Source: Macrostomum lignano (Eukaryota). From it: a DNA stretch of 64,000 nt. The number at the start of each line of letters is the position of its first letter. The stretch's first letter is position 1. Both the position numbers and the translations under genes were made by a program. This document shows, one piece after another, positions 60,253 through 64,000 of the stretch. The notes under the pieces were generated by a model, which worked only from the letters and a program-made list of their open reading frames with translations, was not told the origin of the DNA and ran no database searches. The stretch lies in contig NIVC01001183.1 in the NCBI GenBank assembly GCA_002269645.1, positions 1 through 64,000 of the forward strand, read 5' to 3'.

Positions 60253-63006
60253 CCCGGGTAGCATTTTGACGTCAATTTGCGGTTGCGTTGACGTCGCAAA
60301 AATTACCTTCGCAAATCTATTCACCCCAGCCCGTCTTCGTTGATATTGTAGTTTATTTTTGCATAATTAGATGCCAGAGTCAATATGCATTTATAGTCAT
60401 CATTTTGCTAGCTCAATTATGCCTGTAAAATAGCAAAGAAGTAACGTAAAATATTCGTTGAAAGTAGGTTGAAAAATCAACGTCAAACTTTAGTCATTAT
60501 GGAACCCAAAATTTGACGTTTCTATGCTGCATTACTATATAATAACGTAGATTGAATGATTTTTATAACACTAAAAAAAGTAAGGGAAAAAGTAAGGCTC
60601 GTTTTTTTACAGTTTTATTTTGTTAATACGTGTTATTAAAATCGTACATATTTGAATATTTTGCTGCATGATAAATCGCTTTATATATAGATCATAAATG
60701 GCGTTGCTTTTTTATTTAGTTAGTGTTACCTGCTATATGAAACTTCACCTTCACGATGATATCAAACGTCATCTTTCTCCTGGTTGAATATTATTCGAAA
60801 TATTTTCAGCTGCCATAAAACATACCAATAGATTTTTTTGGTATAGAATGACTTATTAGTTATTAAAGCAATACCAAATCATGGCTGACTTAGCTACTAA
60901 TACAAACTTTGCTAAATTGGCTAGCTAATAAGATAGTTGCTCATTTTAATTCTACTACTTTCTCTCTCCCCATTTCCTATCAGTACTGCTGTTTTTATTG
61001 GAAATATATAGGCCCTAGTAATAATAGCCTGGCCTACCACAAGTATTGCATTGATTACAACTACTAGAGTTAAACATAATTCCTATCAAAATAATAATTG
61101 TCTGGAAATCAAATTCCTACATAAATACAGTTTGCAAAGAACTGCTTGATTTTCGAATCAGTCTTACTCTCAGCCTAGGCCTAATCATATATAATTATTG
61201 GACCTTAGATATCATATCCAACTTCCAAGATCCAATTTCAAATTTTTATTTGGAAGGTGTAGTTGTTCTAGCATTTCTATCATACAAAAAGCTTGGCATA
61301 CTTGATTTGAAATTAATATTTTTTGTTTCTTAGTTTTACTAATCAGCCATTTAATGACATTATATCTACTATACATGCTAAGTTCATGTTAGGCCTAGCA
61401 TTTAAAATATATTTTAGTTTCCTAGTTATCTCATTAAAATCTTTAGTAGGCCCTAATTTCTCAGTTTAGCACTCTTAGAGCTACAATTTCCTTAACAAAC
61501 TTATACTTAGCTATATTCTATATTAAAACATATTTATTAATGTTTTGCTCCATCAAGTAGCCTATAGCTTGTTAATCATATTTAGACATGTTTTAGACAT
61601 TATTGTAGCATTGCTAGGGCACCATTGTTTAATTTGTGGTTGAGCAGATTTTTTAGTTGAATAGAAAGTCTGAACAAAAGTAAAAAGATTTATAGGATTA
61701 TGTATAGAAATCCTAAGACTAAGAGTAGGGCCTAAGGCTAAAGACTTCTGTATAATATAGTTTTGTATATTGCAATTTATGGATGTATAAAATGTAACTG
61801 TACAAATACATGTCAAAATCTTTTTATAACCAAATATACTTTTTCTGCCTATTTCAGATAACCACCTGGGTGAAGAGGACAGGAGAGATTGCTACTATAT
61901 GCCATCAATGATACTAATTCCAACTCCTAGATGAGGAGGAGAAAATTCATTCTTATGATGACATCATCCCTGCTTATTGGAACAGGTTGTCATGAAGGGA
62001 TGTCAGCTAGTCAATTTAAGGAAGGAGTTGAGGAAGAGGATAACAATTCACCATTTGATTCAGTCTCCTCCAATTCAGAGACTGAGGATTATCAAGAATT
62101 TGATGTTGATCTTCTGACTGAAAGACTGGGCAATATGCAGCAATATGCAACTACTCTCTATTTATTTATTCTACAGTTCTGTTGTTTGCTGCTCTCATCC
62201 TTATATTTGTTTCAATGACACTGTTTTCAACATTCTATTCTGTTTTGTCAGTACTGTCGTTTTTGGCACTATTGTAAATTTTTCAACTTTTAAAATTTTA
62301 TTTATTATCATCCTTTTCATAAATTTTCATATGCAAGCATCAACTTAATTTGTGTTAAAATAACAATTTACGAAGAAAAGTAACAATTTAACTTCTAAAT
62401 CCAATGTCTACAATATGTATGTATACAAGAGCAGATGAATATAAGGCTTTGTCCGCATGTATTCTTGTTTAATATTTTCTGGTAAAAATGTAACTATATT
62501 AGCCAGGGGCGTAGCCAAGGGGGGTCATTGGGGTCATGAACCCCCCAGCCGGCTGATCCAGGCCAAATACAGGCAGCAGCCCCCCTCCCCCGTCGCAGAG
62601 GCCTAACACCCCGTCCCCGGTTGCCGCTGTGACTGTGACCCCCGGAAGGAAATTCCTAGCTACGCCACTGCTATTAGCTTCTAGAAATAAGATGGGTATA
62701 CATGTACTGCCTACACACATTCAAAGAAAGTTGACTTCAGAATGCAAAGATAACCATCAATCATAAAGCCAGTAACATTTGTTTTCTTAAAAGACATCAT
62801 ACCAGTCATTTCGTGCATTTAAAAGCCATTAAATCTATTAAATAAAGACGGTAAAATTTCGGTACATTTTGACGTCAAAACAACGTCACAGATCTAGGTC
62901 AAAATTACGTAAAAAACATCGACAGAATTGACGTCATTTTGACGTTACACTTTGACCTATTTTCAACGTCATTTTGACGTCGCGCAACGTCACTTTGCTA
63001 CCCGGG
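60253..63006. mobile_element. Non-autonomous TIR DNA transposon, CMC/EnSpm-like (superfamily uncertain), 2754 bp
   Basis: Termini cccgggtagca..tgacgt / acgtca..tgctacccggg. AAT lies on both flanks (60250-60252, 63007-63009). gacgtc motifs recur subterminally at both ends. Confidence 0.75.
62504..62670. mobile_element. hAT-like MITE (167 bp) nested in the CMC-like element
   Basis: TIRs caggggcgtagc / gctacgccactg. The 8-bp flanks atattagc / ctattagc match 7 of 8. Confidence 0.75.
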
Positions 63007-63683
63007 AATAGGAGGGACCAAGCTAGGGAACTAGCAAGGGTTCCAAGCAATAAATTAGTGACACAAATATAAAATAAAATAAGCAAAAAACAAACAAGAC
63101 TTTTACTTTTTTCTTTTACATTGGTACTATTACTATATTACTAAGTTAAGTCCAGTTAATGACTAAAGTTCGCATTTTAGTTGATTGGCCTGCAATAAAC
63201 TGGAAGACAAATATGTGAAAATAATATTTGAATAGTTTATCTAAATAATGACTTTAACGAACATGAAAAATAACTTGCAGGCGCATAATATTTTACCGTA
63301 ATTTTTTGATTTATTCATTCTTCATTCGGGAGCCCTTTAAAGAATAAATGATGCGGCCATTAGAAATTAAAAAATATAACCGAAGCTACAAAAAATAAAA
63401 CAAGTAAAAGGTTTACTCTTGTGATTATGAGACGTTTTTGTATACTATAATTACAGAATTTTTTTATTTTAAAATATAGCATTTTTAAGCCAATTGAGTC
63501 TAGGAGCAAGCAATTAAATCCTTAGTGGAAAAATCAAGCTATTGAAGACTTGCTTTTCATTGTCTATGGCCCGAAAGGGGGTCTATGGAGCAACCAATTT
63601 GAGAATTTGGGCGCGCTATTAATCTTTTCACAGTTGTGCAAGCCTTAGACAATAGAAAATAACAGATTTCATTAGACAAAGAT

Positions 63684-64000
63684 ATGGTAGACGAAGAATT
63701 TATCGAGCAGATCCGAGCTGTGACGAAAGTTTTGCTACAGCCCAAGATTGCAGTGGATGAGCAGAATCCTGCAGGGCGAGAACCCTATCGCAAGATAAGC
63801 AACGAAAAGTACGACCTGATTGTCGCTGCCATTGAGAGAGGTGATAGTGCTGAGCACATTTCGCGATGTCTGGACGTAAAGAGAAAACCAGTGTATTCTA
63901 TCAGGCGTCGCTATGAAAATCACGGGACGCCGGGACCGCGCACGACGGGGTGGAGATCGAGCATCGAAATTGGAAGAGCAACACATCCAACCGCTTCGCA
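63684..64000 (+). mobile_element. Tc1/mariner/IS630-like transposase N-terminus (HTH), cut by the window end
   Basis: ATG at 63684: ..YRKISNEKYDLIVAAIERGDSAEHISRCLDVKRKPVYSIRRRYENHG. After a 1-nt shift it continues RGGDRASKLEEQHIQ, like the HTH-linker of IS630/Tc1 transposases. No catalytic domain in the window. Confidence 0.65.

Noticed and set aside
1-64000. Consistent G-rich (G-quadruplex) strand bias of intronic arrays relative to transcription
   Set aside because: Sense strands include both G-rich and C-rich arrays, so no consistent polarity was seen.

Overview
Eukaryotic (animal) genomic DNA with GC-rich exons and minisatellite-filled introns. This style suggests a free-living flatworm such as Macrostomum, but that is inference only. 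Five intron-containing host genes can be built from splice sites and protein motifs: UAP1 (+, 777-12163, exons 1-2 frameshifted), a TMC-family channel (+, 16555-24339), TUBGCP3/GCP3 (-, 25507-39823), an ARM-repeat/TIR/SAM-like protein (-, 44401-48530) and MFSD13A/TMEM180 (-, 52015-55531). 20 of the 22 coding-region introns carry their own tandem repeat. Mobile DNA includes a Ty3/Gypsy element in the last GCP3 intron that starts at its tRNA-Arg PBS with no 5' LTR and has a truncated 3' LTR, a related LTR+PBS stub at 42.9 kb, scrambled THAP/P-element transposase relics in UAP1 intron 3, a CpG-eroded MULE transposase relic, several TIR elements with TSDs at 59-63 kb, and a Tc1/IS630-like transposase running off the right end. 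The best leads are a ~2.1 kb array of kappaB-consensus sites just upstream of the TIR gene, minisatellites built from splice junctions, the LTR-less Gypsy, and patchy CpG erosion of TEs. No CRISPR array, rRNA or tRNA gene was seen. All coordinates and counts were read by eye; no searches were run.
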